64,000 nt of DNA from a virus (Duplodnaviria; Caudoviricetes), in IMG/VR virus record IMGVR_UViG_3300006153_000386, positions 1-64,000 of that record, one strand, 5' to 3'. Shown here in pieces: positions 28,586 to 40,102 of the stretch. The notes beneath the pieces are model-generated. The model saw nothing but the letters and a program-made list of their open reading frames with translations, was not told where the DNA came from and did no database searches. The stretch's first letter is position 1. Each line of letters begins with the position of its first letter. A program made the position numbers and the translations under genes.

Positions 28586-30103
28586 TTAATCTACAAAACC
28601 ATCAAGCAAATGTCCGTATCTGCTTGTGAGTTCATTTTCTGTGCTATATTTATTTACATTGGTTGAAGTTGGAGTATATGAGAACATCTTATTTTTATTA
28701 GAGTTAATAAGAATTTCACCAGACATTAATGTAAGATCTTTATCTAACTTCTCAATATCAATCGTTTCATAATCACCAAGTTTTGCTTTAAAATAAATAA
28801 ACTCTGGAGATTTACCGATTTTCTTTTCAAATCGTTCCAGAGTTGATTTAACAGCTTCAATATGATCTTGTTTAACCTTTTCATTTTCTGCAGCTTCATA
28901 TATAGAAAGTTTTTCTTTTGCAATAGAATATGCTGTTTTAAGTGTGTCATATTCAGTTTGTAATTCTTTGTTTTTTGTTTCAAATTGTTGTGACACTTCT
29001 TGTAATTTTTCTTCAAGTTTTGCGTTAAATAAAGCTTCATGTTTCTTAGCTAAGCTTTCATTTAACTCATTATAAATCATTGTTAATCTAGAGTCTTTTT
29101 CTTCAGATTTTTCAGTGAAAGTAATATCACCTTCTGTCTTTGTTTTCCAATTGATGACTGGATCATCATTTGACATAACATACTCAACAGAAAAAATTCT
29201 GCATCCATTTTCTTTATCAAGCACATAAATTTTTGATTCATCTACTGACAACAGTTCGTATTTGATGTAGTCATTTCCCTCACATTTAATATCTGAAAGA
29301 AGAGTGGTAAACTTAGTCAAATCCATTTTGTTTTCTCCTTCCATTTGTGGATTATTATTTGTTGTGTTATTTTGAACAGAGGCAGTAGCAGAAGTGCTTG
29401 TACCGTCTGATTCATATTGTTTTAATTTTTCTAACATCAGTTCAAAGTTCTGTTTGAATTTATCTGTATCAATAGAAAAAGCCTTCATTTTCTCAACTCT
29501 ACAAGATGGAAAACAAGGGCGAACATTCTTTGAATTATCAGATGATTTATTTAGTAAACATAACGCACTAAAAGTAAAATCATCTATGGAAAGAACATCA
29601 TTGTTTTTGTAATGATACTCATTAATTGATAGCTCACAACTTTGGTTAAAATAAATATCATCACTATAAGCTGCATCCATAATGTTATACCGACCAGTCC
29701 ACAAGATAATCTGGCATGTTAGATATGTATTCATTGTTTCGCCATCAGCCTCAAGAACTTCTTCTAGCTGTAAATTAGCACTTTCAGGTATACATCCAAA
29801 TGGGATACATTCATTCACAATATCAAATGAAGTGTTTGTAATAATCCACTTAGAATCATGCCCGCCGACTCTCCATTTATTATTATCTTCTGGATCTTGA
29901 TACAAATGGGCGATCACAGGCTTGTTATAAAATTCACCTCTTGCCATAGCTTTTTGGACTGCTTCTAATGTAATATCAGAACCATTCACATTATCACCAG
30001 TGGCAAGCATATAACATTTACATCTAATAAATTCCTGATTGACAATTTCAAAATCAGATAACTTTGAAGTAAATCCCAATGTCTGATTTTTATTAAACTT
30101 CAA
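28586..30103 (-). CDS. Prohead protease/scaffold
   Basis: N-terminal NxNGS...PVIAH...QSCEL...FSALCLL; coiled-coil C-terminus. Confidence 0.7.
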   Translation of the reverse strand: MKFNKNQTLGFTSKLSDFEIVNQEFIRCKCYMLATGDNVNGSDITLEAVQKAMARGEFYNKPVIAHLYQDPEDNNKWRVGGHDSKWIITNTSFDIVNECIPFGCIPESANLQLEEVLEADGETMNTYLTCQIILWTGRYNIMDAAYSDDIYFNQSCELSINEYHYKNNDVLSIDDFTFSALCLLNKSSDNSKNVRPCFPSCRVEKMKAFSIDTDKFKQNFELMLEKLKQYESDGTSTSATASVQNNTTNNNPQMEGENKMDLTKFTTLLSDIKCEGNDYIKYELLSVDESKIYVLDKENGCRIFSVEYVMSNDDPVINWKTKTEGDITFTEKSEEKDSRLTMIYNELNESLAKKHEALFNAKLEEKLQEVSQQFETKNKELQTEYDTLKTAYSIAKEKLSIYEAAENEKVKQDHIEAVKSTLERFEKKIGKSPEFIYFKAKLGDYETIDIEKLDKDLTLMSGEILINSNKNKMFSYTPTSTNVNKYSTENELTSRYGHLLDGFVD

Positions 30104-30130
30104 TTATTGATTTCCTCCTTCCTATAAAAA

Positions 30131-30343
30131 TCAAAAACAAACGTTAGAATTCAATAAAAAAGAACCTTGCTCAAACTTTGAGTTCAGTTCCTTCATGAGT
30201 TCATTCGTCTGTATAAATACGAATACTTCTTTATTATCAATGTTTCTTTTTGTATATTTAAAACCAAGTGATAGAAGAGTATCTGCTTTTACTTGGTCTA
30301 AAATCAATACTTCACCCATATATAATATCACCAACTTTCTCAA
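30131..30343 (-). CDS. Small phage protein (DUF5659-like)
   Basis: LLSLGFKY pattern. Confidence 0.45.
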   Translation of the reverse strand: MRKLVILYMGEVLILDQVKADTLLSLGFKYTKRNIDNKEVFVFIQTNELMKELNSKFEQGSFLLNSNVCF

Positions 30344-30349
30344 ATACGG

Positions 30350-31508
30350 TTATGCTATGATTTTGGATTTATCTGGTTGGCTTGGATCGTAATATTTCCA
30401 CTTAAAACCTCCAGCAGTTTTCTTTATATTTCTACAACAATTTGAAATCGAAACTCTATTAATACCAGTTTTGTTTTGTGCTTCTTGAATTGAATAATAT
30501 AATTTTATAAATGTATCATCTTGAGAAAATTGCATTACTGGTTTACATATATTCTTTCTTGACCTTTGAATCATTTCAAGTTTAGAATATTTACAGAGTC
30601 CAATTTCTGTTGCTTGATTTAACCAATTATATACAGACGACACACAACATTTTAATTCATTTTGTATTTCTAAAGACGAAAATCCTTTAACATATAATTT
30701 TGCGCATTCTACCACAAAAGAAGATAATGCAAATTCACCACATGCTTCGAAATTTATTGTACTTAAATCAAAAATAATTGAAAGTTTACTATTTAATATG
30801 TTACTTACAATATGGTCAAAGCGATTATGCAACCTTGGATAATTGCAATCTATTCTAATTATTTCAATATCTTTCTTTTTGGCTAAATTATCTTTTAAAT
30901 AATCTGTATTAATAATATTATTAGAACCATCAAAATTTTTGTTCCCATGTCCTAGCGAACCATCCATTTCAACAACATATTCCTTATTATCATGAATAAA
31001 ATGGCAATCATAATAATATGGTTTTAACCAGTCTGGATTCCATTCAAAATCTGCATTAACATTTAATTGTTTAAATAGATTTCTAATAAACTTATTTGGA
31101 TAACTTATACCATCAGAACAATATGAACAAGAAAATCCTCTAAGATATACATTTTTAATTATTTTATTAGATACATTTCCACAATTTGGGCATTTCATTT
31201 CTACTTTATTATTAGAAGTTGCTTTATTTGTTATTTTGTCATACTCATTAACAAATAATTTAGATATATTAGGACGGGTTGTATTAACATCATTAAACCC
31301 TACCAAAATTTTTTTGTTACTAACAGTAAGGACAGTGTTGACCATGAAAAATATTATTTGGTTGTGCTTTCCATATATGATTATTTTTACATTTGAACCT
31401 CATATAATGATAAATACCTTTATATTTCTCTAATGGTATACTATCGTCATATTTTTGTAGTCGTAGTAAAAAATCTTCGTTACTCAAACTATTATATGTA
31501 GTTTTCAT
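30350..31508 (-). pseudogene. Zinc-ribbon / PD-(D/E)xK / NUMOD1 homing endonuclease-like gene, frameshifted near 31320
   Basis: Two overlapping ORFs; YDCHF...VEMDG..H; ISNCCR...TAGGFKWKY. Confidence 0.7.
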
Positions 31509-31571
31509 ATCAAATTTTCTCCTTCATATCGTTTTCAAATCAAAATAAATAAAGAGTAATAGTCAGAACTA

Positions 31572-31739
31572 TTACTCTTTATTACTTCTCCATTTATCAT
31601 TGAGTTTTTCTACCAAATTATCTCTGACAAACTTATGATATACATCACGATGTTTTCCAACACCTATATCAATAGGTATTGCGCCATTTTGTATGAAAAA
31701 CAAAGCTTGTTTTCTATTGTAAATATAGTAGTATTCCAA
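31572..31739 (-). CDS. 55-aa small protein (DUF5659-like), not in the ORF track
   Basis: RBS AAGGAG + TTG; MEYYYIYNRKQALFFIQNGA... Confidence 0.5.
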   Translation of the reverse strand: MEYYYIYNRKQALFFIQNGAIPIDIGVGKHRDVYHKFVRDNLVEKLNDKWRSNKE

Positions 31740-31751
31740 AATATAAACTCC

Positions 31752-33302
31752 TTAGATACGATTATCTGTTTTGTTTGAATCGTTACCTCTTTGCACATCT
31801 GTGGTTTTACTGATTTCGGTTTCGTCCATCATTGGTCTGCCGCCTTCATCGGAATCACTTTCTGATTGAGTATATGAAGATTTTAATGGTTGCCAGCTAT
31901 TAAAAATATCTCCCAAAATAGATGTTTCTAATATAGTATTCCCTAACATCTTGGCTGGATTTATACCGCTAGAAGCAGCGAGTTTTGTTTTGTTTATAAC
32001 AGATGCTTGTGCCAATTTAAGCTGTAAATCAATATTGTCATTTACATCAAAAATTGTTGTTGGTATGATATTATACGCAAACTGATAATCTGGATAAATA
32101 TAACCACGCAATTTCATCTGTAAATCAATCCATGCTTCTAATTGCTTATAAATTCGATAAATATCAGAAGAATCAACTTTCATAGATAATTTTAATTCGG
32201 AACCACTAGATGCAGAAGATATTAATGCTTTTGACACACCTGCTTCGCTATAATAGTTTTCTACATTTTGCTCAACTCTATTTACATTGTCAGCAACAGT
32301 AGATTTTGATTCAACAAGTTCTAAGTCCATAGGAACAGGAACAACCCCGTAAGTCTCTGGAACCACCTGTTTTACCATGTTGGTAAATGGTGTTATGATT
32401 TCATCACCCATAGCAATTTGATCTTCTTCATTAGTTGGTATTTTCAGATATATCAATTTATAAGCATCTGATTCTGATTTTGCTTTAGCTAAATCCTTCG
32501 CATCATCTATATTTAAAATTTCTGTTATAAGACCTAGAAAGGGACTATATAAATATGTAAAATCGTTATGATATTTAATACATAAAGAATTTTCGTATGG
32601 AATCATGACCATATTGTTTAATGATATTTCCTTAGACTGTGTAATTAACTCCTGCAGTTCAGATGGTAATGTTTCATATAAATCATTATCAATTAAACTT
32701 CGATTTATTGCAAATCCAAATACATTTCCACCAATATTTTTCTTTATTTCACAATACATTGGATTTAGGAAATATAAAGAAGTTTCAATATCATTTTCTA
32801 CAATATATGCAAAACAAGCATCTTCAACAAACAATCTACGCATAATGTCGGTAATATGATTATCCAACTTAAACTTATTTACTTGTGCAACATATTTATA
32901 GTAATTCGTTCTTATTTGTTTTGATAATTTATCATCTGGGGAATATGCTTTTGCGGTTTTTGCTTCTAAATCTACAGTCCAATTTATAATCCCCATATTA
33001 GCAAAATAGTCTATAAGTCTTTTGTAATATCCGCTCTTTAAATACATATATCTGGAAAGTCTTACAATATTTTTTCCATATCGTTCAGGATATTGAGACA
33101 TATTTTGTATCTGATTTCTTGTAAATCCACATATGCGATTATGCCTAAATGCACCTTTATAAGACAACTCAGACAAAACAAGCCTTTTCAAACTATATAC
33201 ATCAAAAGACGGTGACTTTTTATCTAAGAAATCATTGACATTTTTTGTGTCCTGTTGAAACTGTTCTTTTATTGCCCCGTTGTTATTTGTATTTTCTTCT
33301 AT
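31752..33302 (-). CDS. Portal protein; probable ATA start at 33302 (track start 33191)
   Basis: Follows terminase; frame open to an ATA downstream of AAAGGCGGTGA. Confidence 0.75.
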   Translation of the reverse strand: MEENTNNNGAIKEQFQQDTKNVNDFLDKKSPSFDVYSLKRLVLSELSYKGAFRHNRICGFTRNQIQNMSQYPERYGKNIVRLSRYMYLKSGYYKRLIDYFANMGIINWTVDLEAKTAKAYSPDDKLSKQIRTNYYKYVAQVNKFKLDNHITDIMRRLFVEDACFAYIVENDIETSLYFLNPMYCEIKKNIGGNVFGFAINRSLIDNDLYETLPSELQELITQSKEISLNNMVMIPYENSLCIKYHNDFTYLYSPFLGLITEILNIDDAKDLAKAKSESDAYKLIYLKIPTNEEDQIAMGDEIITPFTNMVKQVVPETYGVVPVPMDLELVESKSTVADNVNRVEQNVENYYSEAGVSKALISSASSGSELKLSMKVDSSDIYRIYKQLEAWIDLQMKLRGYIYPDYQFAYNIIPTTIFDVNDNIDLQLKLAQASVINKTKLAASSGINPAKMLGNTILETSILGDIFNSWQPLKSSYTQSESDSDEGGRPMMDETEISKTTDVQRGNDSNKTDNRI

Positions 33303-33319
33303 ATTGAATCACCGCCTTT

Positions 33320-35071
33320 CTAATGAGAATATAATTTGGGTTTTCGTGCAAGAGCAGTGAGAGAGGATACATTGGTATTATTTTTTTTTGACTTAATAGC
33401 ACTGCAATATTCAGTAATGTAAAATATCAGATAACTTAATGCAGAAAAGCGGTCTTTATCTACTTTTTTCACGACCTTTTCTACAGATAAAGCACCATTT
33501 GTCATATGCTTTAATTTTAAGTTTGCTATTTCCTCAAATAATAAATCAGTTTGTATGTAAGGTAATACTCTTAAATCCATATTTTGTTTATCTTTAGGAG
33601 AAAAATCTGTGTCTTGCTTTTTCTCAAGCAACTTTAATTTGCCACTTTCAACAGCATCTATAAAATCAGCAACTACTTTACTCTGAAAATGCTGTGCTTT
33701 CATATCAAACAAACATTTTTCAGCATCTCTAACCTCTGGTTGGTTATCGGTGTTCATTGTATTCCAACATCCAAGATACTCTCCAGTAATCGGATCATAA
33801 GATTCCTTTAACAACTCATCTATCAATCCTGCACCCAATCCATTCCCATCTGCAATAACTGCTTTTGCTAGGAAATTCTTTTTGGTCTTTTTCACCAAAC
33901 ATGCCTGTGCTGAAAAGTTCATTGCATTAGATACTGTCATAATATTTGGAATTTCAATAGATACAATCCTATTCGATTCTTTATTTCTTATAACTCGTCC
34001 AATTGCAATAGAAGATTGGTTATTTGTTGCTTTCTGACTACGAGCAACGTCTACACCAAGATAAAATTCTTCATCCAATTTATTGAAATTAATCATTGGT
34101 GTGGTTAATGTCCGGCAAATCATTAACTTGTTTATATCAACTAATGCACCGTCTGAAGAACCAACCCACTCTTGTTCATAGTTTTGCGCAAAAGCAATAG
34201 GAGAGGAGGTACTTTTTTTTCTTAATATCTGACTTTTATTACTACCTCTGCCATACCAACACGGTAGCATCCAACTTGCACCAAGAACGATTTGTCCTTT
34301 CAATTCGCACATATTGTCATACATGTCTATAGAGCGTTGGTATTCATCGGAGCCACGGAAACCAGATGTTGTGAAGAAATGTATTTGTTGATTTAATTCC
34401 TGTGGATCTACGAGAGCCATTTTACCCACAGTATATCTAGGAACCTCTGTTACAGGTTCAAGAGCATCTTGATATAATTCGTTATTTAAAAGAGCAGCTT
34501 CTTCAATTTTTAATCTTCTTCGTCTTTGTCCTTTGGTTGTCTGCGCATTTGCAATAGCATCTATAGAACTTCCGTTTTTAAACTGAATTAATGCATCACC
34601 TTTAATAAATTTAGGTTCTTTTTCTAATTCGTTTTCAATAAGAGGGAATTTATTTCGTATTTCATTAAATTTAGACTTTAATAAATCTGCTGCATTTTCT
34701 TTCGTCTGAGCTGAAATGGCAAGTTCAATTTGCGGAAAAAGAATAGCCACTATAACACAAGACAAAACCTCATTGAATGTTTTAGCATATCCACGACTGA
34801 ATGTACCATACATATTCATAAATCGCACATCTGACCTCAAAAAAACTCTTTGATCAAAATGCATATTGAAGTTACTTTTTTCAGTGCGCAATAAGTCTAT
34901 AAACAAATCTGGATACCATCTTGCCCAGCTTATAAATTCATAGTAGTTATATAAGTTTTTTCCAAATACAGAATCATCTTGTATAGCAAGTATTCTTTCC
35001 TTGATTGACTCATCAGTCATCAGATGAAAATCATTCATCTGCATCGTCCTCACTTCCATCTGACAAGTCAT
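33320..35071 (-). CDS. Terminase large subunit
   Basis: SRGYAKT Walker A, KIEEAA Walker B, GVDVAR nuclease motif, KDRFSA. Confidence 0.9.
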   Translation of the reverse strand: MTCQMEVRTMQMNDFHLMTDESIKERILAIQDDSVFGKNLYNYYEFISWARWYPDLFIDLLRTEKSNFNMHFDQRVFLRSDVRFMNMYGTFSRGYAKTFNEVLSCVIVAILFPQIELAISAQTKENAADLLKSKFNEIRNKFPLIENELEKEPKFIKGDALIQFKNGSSIDAIANAQTTKGQRRRRLKIEEAALLNNELYQDALEPVTEVPRYTVGKMALVDPQELNQQIHFFTTSGFRGSDEYQRSIDMYDNMCELKGQIVLGASWMLPCWYGRGSNKSQILRKKSTSSPIAFAQNYEQEWVGSSDGALVDINKLMICRTLTTPMINFNKLDEEFYLGVDVARSQKATNNQSSIAIGRVIRNKESNRIVSIEIPNIMTVSNAMNFSAQACLVKKTKKNFLAKAVIADGNGLGAGLIDELLKESYDPITGEYLGCWNTMNTDNQPEVRDAEKCLFDMKAQHFQSKVVADFIDAVESGKLKLLEKKQDTDFSPKDKQNMDLRVLPYIQTDLLFEEIANLKLKHMTNGALSVEKVVKKVDKDRFSALSYLIFYITEYCSAIKSKKNNTNVSSLTALARKPKLYSH

Positions 35072-36209
35072 CGTAATCGCTTGGCAATATAATGAATTTT
35101 TCTATATTCGGTCTGTTTTTTAACATAGTGTCATTGGCTTCTGTAAATACACCGTTTGGATCACCATACTGCCTCAGATATTCTTCCATTTTATCATCAT
35201 AAAATTTGTAAATATCTTTGTATTCTATTGGTGGTAATCCTTTTAGTTTTCGTGCGTAACTTATATAACAATAAATATTAAAATCTGGAGCATCATGTGG
35301 TTGAGTCTTATATTTTGGCAATATATTGATTACATCTGTTGCTTGCTCAATTGCTAATGTTAATTCACTAAAACTATTTACTCCTTTTTGTAGATCGGCG
35401 GCAGATAATTGTTTTGGTGTTAATTTCCCGTTTGATGCTGCGTTCTGTGCTGCGTCATACCATTTTTTAGCTTCATCTACATTACCAGCGGCAGTAGCCA
35501 TTTCTTCCTTTACCTTAAAACGAACATAAGTTGCAAGAGCCTCTTGGTGTAAATTTGTTTGTAAGGTGTAATTGAGTTTAAGTTTTTCGTATTTCTCGTA
35601 CATTTTTTTATACTCAACAGTAGTATATCCGTCTCCAAACAAATCTTTTATATTATCTGTAACCTCAAAATCTTCAATGCTTGAATAGTGTTTATCCTTT
35701 ACAGTTTGTTTTACAGTATTTCCAATATTTACGCTTGCTGCTTGTACACCTTGTTTCCTGACAAATCCTTCTTTTTCGCTATCTCCATATGACTTATTTG
35801 CAACCTGTCTAAGCGTATTGAGGTTTTTAAAATACAACCCAATAATATCTTCACCATGATATTTAATGTCATTATCTTCAATATATGAATGTTCTTTTTT
35901 ATATTGTTTTACTGCTGATTGAAGAACATCTTTATAATATGGACGATCTATCTGTCGCAGTACAGATTTAAATTTTTCCTCATCTATTTCTCCTGATTTA
36001 TTTAAACTCAGCCGTTTTATACAATTTTTACACCAAGGTAATTTTCCATCTTTATGCATAGGATTTTTGCTTAGATAAAAATCTCCTAATGGATGTACAT
36101 TCTTATTTTCTTCTGGTGGACAAGCCAGACATATTTTCTTTTGTGTTTCTTTTTTTGCACCTTTAGTAGCCGTACTTACCACCTCCTGTATTTCAAATAA
36201 ATTAAGCAC
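35031..36209 (-). CDS. Zinc-finger protein upstream of terminase, possible small subunit
   Basis: CLAC...FY...PWCKNC; position. Confidence 0.55.
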   Translation of the reverse strand: MLNLFEIQEVVSTATKGAKKETQKKICLACPPEENKNVHPLGDFYLSKNPMHKDGKLPWCKNCIKRLSLNKSGEIDEEKFKSVLRQIDRPYYKDVLQSAVKQYKKEHSYIEDNDIKYHGEDIIGLYFKNLNTLRQVANKSYGDSEKEGFVRKQGVQAASVNIGNTVKQTVKDKHYSSIEDFEVTDNIKDLFGDGYTTVEYKKMYEKYEKLKLNYTLQTNLHQEALATYVRFKVKEEMATAAGNVDEAKKWYDAAQNAASNGKLTPKQLSAADLQKGVNSFSELTLAIEQATDVINILPKYKTQPHDAPDFNIYCYISYARKLKGLPPIEYKDIYKFYDDKMEEYLRQYGDPNGVFTEANDTMLKNRPNIEKFIILPSDYDDLSDGSEDDADE

Positions 36210-37443
36210 TAACTTCCGAAGAAGCAGTGCTTTTTAAATAATTTTCATAATACATCCATTTTAATTTTTCTTTGGTTATAGGGTGCTTTCCAGCACTTTT
36301 AATTTGTCCTATACAACACCCTGAAATATTTTGAATACCATAGTGATTTTCGGCATCAACTATTGAATTAAATATTTCGCCAGTATTTAAACACACTACC
36401 TTGTGCCTACTAGCACTTCGTCTTGATTCAGTTGGATCATAATTGCACAATCCTAAATCATTACATATTTTTAAGTATTTAGATACTGTGGTAGTTTTCT
36501 TTGATAAATTTAATTCTTGTTTGATTTCAGAAGTTGTATATCCTTGATTCCATAGATTACATATTTGCATCATAATTGATGTCAAACAATCTTTTTCGCA
36601 TTTATCCCAATCAATAAGAGATAAATCGTATTTTTGAGATAAAGTAGAATTTATTATAGAATTTTTAATCCATTCTTTATCTGTATATCTTGCATCAATA
36701 ATTATGTAGGTTATATCTGTAAATCCATTTTCTTTTGCTAATTTTTCTTTTAAGTAGTCATTATATTTTTCTTCTTCTAATGTTCTTGCGCCAAATTGTT
36801 GAAAACCATGTTCATAATGCTGCAACCCGTGTACTTCACAAATAATATTATCAAAATAAAAATCATATTTCTTATTTTGTGCCCAATTAAATCTTTTTTG
36901 CATTTGAAAATCAAGTCCAAGTTGTAATAAAGCAGAACGCATAAATTTTTCGGGCTTACTAAAACCATCATTACACATTTCGCAATATAACCCATTGTGC
37001 GTAACACTATGTACTTTTCGTATTTGTGTATGTCCGCAATCAGGACACTTCCATTTTACTGATTTTCTACTTGTTTTACCAACCTTATATCCATCAGAAG
37101 GATTATTTAGTAGTTTTGCAAATTCTGGAGCAGTACTCCATAAGTCATTCAACCCAATTTTAATAGACGTACTATTACCACCATGTTTGAATCCGGCTTT
37201 ATGATTAGAACACTTTGGACATCCAGAGCAACCGTTTAATATTGAATCAGCACGAGGTTCCCATTCATAACCACATTTTATATGTCTTATTAAAATTTTA
37301 TCTCTTAATTTTGTATATTTCCCTATTGCCTTATATTCACCATTGCGCTTTTCTAATAATTCTTTTTCAAAATCCTTTTGCGTTTTTCTTTTTGACATTT
37401 TCCCTAACCTGCTTTCCCTAACCTCAAAATTCCATTTAAGCAA
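36202..37443 (-). CDS. Zinc-ribbon / PD-(D/E)xK homing endonuclease-like protein; likely start 37398
   Basis: Repeated CxxC; YDFYF...EVHGLQH; VVCLNTGEIFNSI (NUMOD1-like). Confidence 0.7.
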   Translation of the reverse strand: MLKWNFEVRESRLGKMSKRKTQKDFEKELLEKRNGEYKAIGKYTKLRDKILIRHIKCGYEWEPRADSILNGCSGCPKCSNHKAGFKHGGNSTSIKIGLNDLWSTAPEFAKLLNNPSDGYKVGKTSRKSVKWKCPDCGHTQIRKVHSVTHNGLYCEMCNDGFSKPEKFMRSALLQLGLDFQMQKRFNWAQNKKYDFYFDNIICEVHGLQHYEHGFQQFGARTLEEEKYNDYLKEKLAKENGFTDITYIIIDARYTDKEWIKNSIINSTLSQKYDLSLIDWDKCEKDCLTSIMMQICNLWNQGYTTSEIKQELNLSKKTTTVSKYLKICNDLGLCNYDPTESRRSASRHKVVCLNTGEIFNSIVDAENHYGIQNISGCCIGQIKSAGKHPITKEKLKWMYYENYLKSTASSEVSA

Positions 37444-37665
37444 CGAGAGAGTGGGTGAGGTTAGTAACCCATAATCGGTAGCTACTCCGATTATTTCTCT
37501 CGCTTGATACGACTAATTGCTATTGAAAGCAAACGATCCTCTCATAGCCGTTATTTATTTATTTCTCCATTCACTATTTGATTTTGCTTGTGCCATAAGC
37601 ACCATCCTTTCATTTTCAAAATTATTTGTTCAATTAAAAAAGACAGCCATGATGACTGTCTGAAA

Positions 37666-37738
37666 TTTGAATAGCAGGACTCGAACCTACAACGTCTGGT
37701 TTCCAAAACCAGCGGACTACCAATTGTCCTATATTCAG
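37666..37738 (-). tRNA. tRNA-Pro(TGG)
   Basis: CTGGT-TTTGGAA-ACCAG anticodon arm; GTTCGAG T-loop. Confidence 0.85.
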
Positions 37739-37818
37739 TGAAATATTTTATGTATCAATATAAAATTAAAAGGTTTTATGATATAATGTTGTAAAAAATA
37801 GAAGGAGTGTTGTGCTAA

Positions 37819-38883
37819 ATGTATATAGAAAGACCCGAATTATTGGAATCAATAAGGAAATCTATTTTAGAAAATAGAATTACATTTATATATGGAATGG
37901 CTGGTGTTGGGAAAACAACAATATGCAGTCAATGTCTTAGCAAATATTTTAGCAATCAAAATATACATACAATAAGACCATATTCTTCCGACGTATCACT
38001 TTTAACACATAAATTTGATGAAGGAATATATGTGTTTGAAGATTTTAGTCATGAATGGATAAATACAAATATAATATATGAAATATGCAAAATACCATCC
38101 TATATAAATTCAAAATTTATATTTATATTAAGAGAAAGAACTTTAGTAAAGCAAAACCATTTTATTGATGCTATAAAGCCTTATATTCATATGATTGAAG
38201 TAACACCGCTTTCACATCAAGAGATGAATAATTTGTTTGATAATTTTTATTCTCTTCGTAATAATATGTTTTTGGATAAAATATATGATATAACCCAAGG
38301 TAACGCATTACTAGCACATGAAATTGGACATTTTCTTTTACATCAGAAAATTAAAGAGAATAATTTAAGTTTATTATATACACCTTGTATAGTTGATAAG
38401 TATGGTAACAAAATTGATGAAATAGACAGCTCAACTAAAATTATAGTTACAGAAATAAATGATCAATTATTAGATGAATTAGCTAAAAAACCAGAATTAC
38501 TACATAATCTTTCTTCATATGATTTTGAACGTGTTATTGCTAAAATATTTGAAAAACAAGGATTTTCTGTTGAAATCACACCAAGAACCCGTGATGGAGG
38601 GAAGGATATTTTTATTGCAAAACAAGGACTTGCATCATTTTTATTTTATGTTGAATGTAAAAAATATTCTCCTAATAAACCTGTTGGAATTGATGTTATA
38701 CAGCGTTTATATGGGGTTATATCTGCTGAAAAAGCAAATGGAGGTTTTATTGCAACTACCTCATATTTTACAAAACCAGCAGAAGATTATATTAAAGAGC
38801 ATAATCTTGAACATCAATTAACATTGCAAGATTACAATAAAATTTCAGATATTTTAAAATCACTACAACATAACACACAATGA
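37819..38883 (+). CDS. P-loop ATPase fused to Mrr-family restriction endonuclease
   Basis: GMAGVGKT; DFERVI...RDGGKDI...VECKKY. Confidence 0.85.
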   Translation: MYIERPELLESIRKSILENRITFIYGMAGVGKTTICSQCLSKYFSNQNIHTIRPYSSDVSLLTHKFDEGIYVFEDFSHEWINTNIIYEICKIPSYINSKFIFILRERTLVKQNHFIDAIKPYIHMIEVTPLSHQEMNNLFDNFYSLRNNMFLDKIYDITQGNALLAHEIGHFLLHQKIKENNLSLLYTPCIVDKYGNKIDEIDSSTKIIVTEINDQLLDELAKKPELLHNLSSYDFERVIAKIFEKQGFSVEITPRTRDGGKDIFIAKQGLASFLFYVECKKYSPNKPVGIDVIQRLYGVISAEKANGGFIATTSYFTKPAEDYIKEHNLEHQLTLQDYNKISDILKSLQHNTQ

Positions 38884-38925
38884 AACAATTCTTCTAAGGA
38901 TAGAGGAGCAGTAGTTAAGCTGCTC

Positions 38926-39774
38926 CTATTTTGTTAAACAGTCCAGTATCTTTTGTCTTTCTCTTAATAGATATTCTCGATCATAATAACTTTGAAGAGG
39001 TTTGGCATCTGGATATTTTGTATCGAAGAATGAAATTAACATATTCACTCTTTGAACAATTGGTAATCCCATTCCAAGTAGCAATATATTTTGTTCTTGA
39101 AGAAACGCAATTTTTTCATTGTATTCATTTGTAAGATTATCACGAGTTAATTCATTTAAACCAACACCAAGATAAGTTTTTATCTCTAATGCAGAACATC
39201 CTGTGGCAATTCTATTAATAATATTTGCCTCTCTTGAAAAATCAGAATCATCACCAGGACGACCACATGCATTATAAATTGTCTTAGATATTGCCTCACA
39301 CATAGGTCTATAATTTGCTCGTTGTGGATTTCTTGTAGACCACCATTTTTCATTATCAACAACTATTCTTTCCATTAAACAGAAGTAATCTCTTAACTCC
39401 GTTCCATTTTCATTATTTTGTACCATACATAAATGCTCAGCCATTCGCAATGTTATGGAATATTCATTTGTTGTAGAACCACCAATTTCTCTCGTTACTT
39501 TTTTTTGAGTAACGAGGAAATCTTTATCTTCTGCAAAATGATATTTCTTAATTCTTTTAGAAATCCAATCATTAAAACGAGTTGCCTTTTGAATACTCCC
39601 ATTATCATCAGTTATTAATTGTATATATAATTCTCTTGCATCAATAGAAAAATCGTTGCTTGATAAATTTTCTTTATCAAATATAGTTGGATACTTCTTT
39701 TGACATTTTAGTACTAATTCAATTTCTGATTCAGTGCAACCTAACCTTTGCAGTTCCTTTTTGTTAAATCTCAT
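38926..39774 (-). CDS. AntA/AntB antirepressor
   Basis: IDARELY...FNDWI...EYSITLRMAEHLCM...RDYF. Confidence 0.85.
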   Translation of the reverse strand: MRFNKKELQRLGCTESEIELVLKCQKKYPTIFDKENLSSNDFSIDARELYIQLITDDNGSIQKATRFNDWISKRIKKYHFAEDKDFLVTQKKVTREIGGSTTNEYSITLRMAEHLCMVQNNENGTELRDYFCLMERIVVDNEKWWSTRNPQRANYRPMCEAISKTIYNACGRPGDDSDFSREANIINRIATGCSALEIKTYLGVGLNELTRDNLTNEYNEKIAFLQEQNILLLGMGLPIVQRVNMLISFFDTKYPDAKPLQSYYDREYLLRERQKILDCLTK

Positions 39775-40009
39775 ATAAAATTCTCCTTACTTCCACACTA
39801 AGCAGTGGATGCTAGTTTTTGTTTATACGTTATTTGCAGATAACGAATCGTCATCTCATACAGAGTAACCGCTGCAACAGTTACCCAAGTAAGGAGAGGG
39901 TAGTAATTACCCTGTATGAAATGGCGAAAACAACACAAAAGAGCCATGATATTTCACATGACTCTTTCAAAAATCTTATTAAATTTACCCTTTGAAATGC
40001 TTATTTAAA

Positions 40010-40098
40010 CGCCGGAGTGAGGTGTCGATCCCCATACGATTCATTATCGTACCCACTGTTTTCAAGACAGGTTCAGAAGCCGTTCTGATTACTTCGGC
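40010..40098 (-). tRNA. tRNA-Ser(TGA)
   Basis: Long variable arm; CT-TGA-AA loop; atypical GATCGAC T-loop. Confidence 0.75.
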
Positions 40099-40102
40099 AA
40101 AA

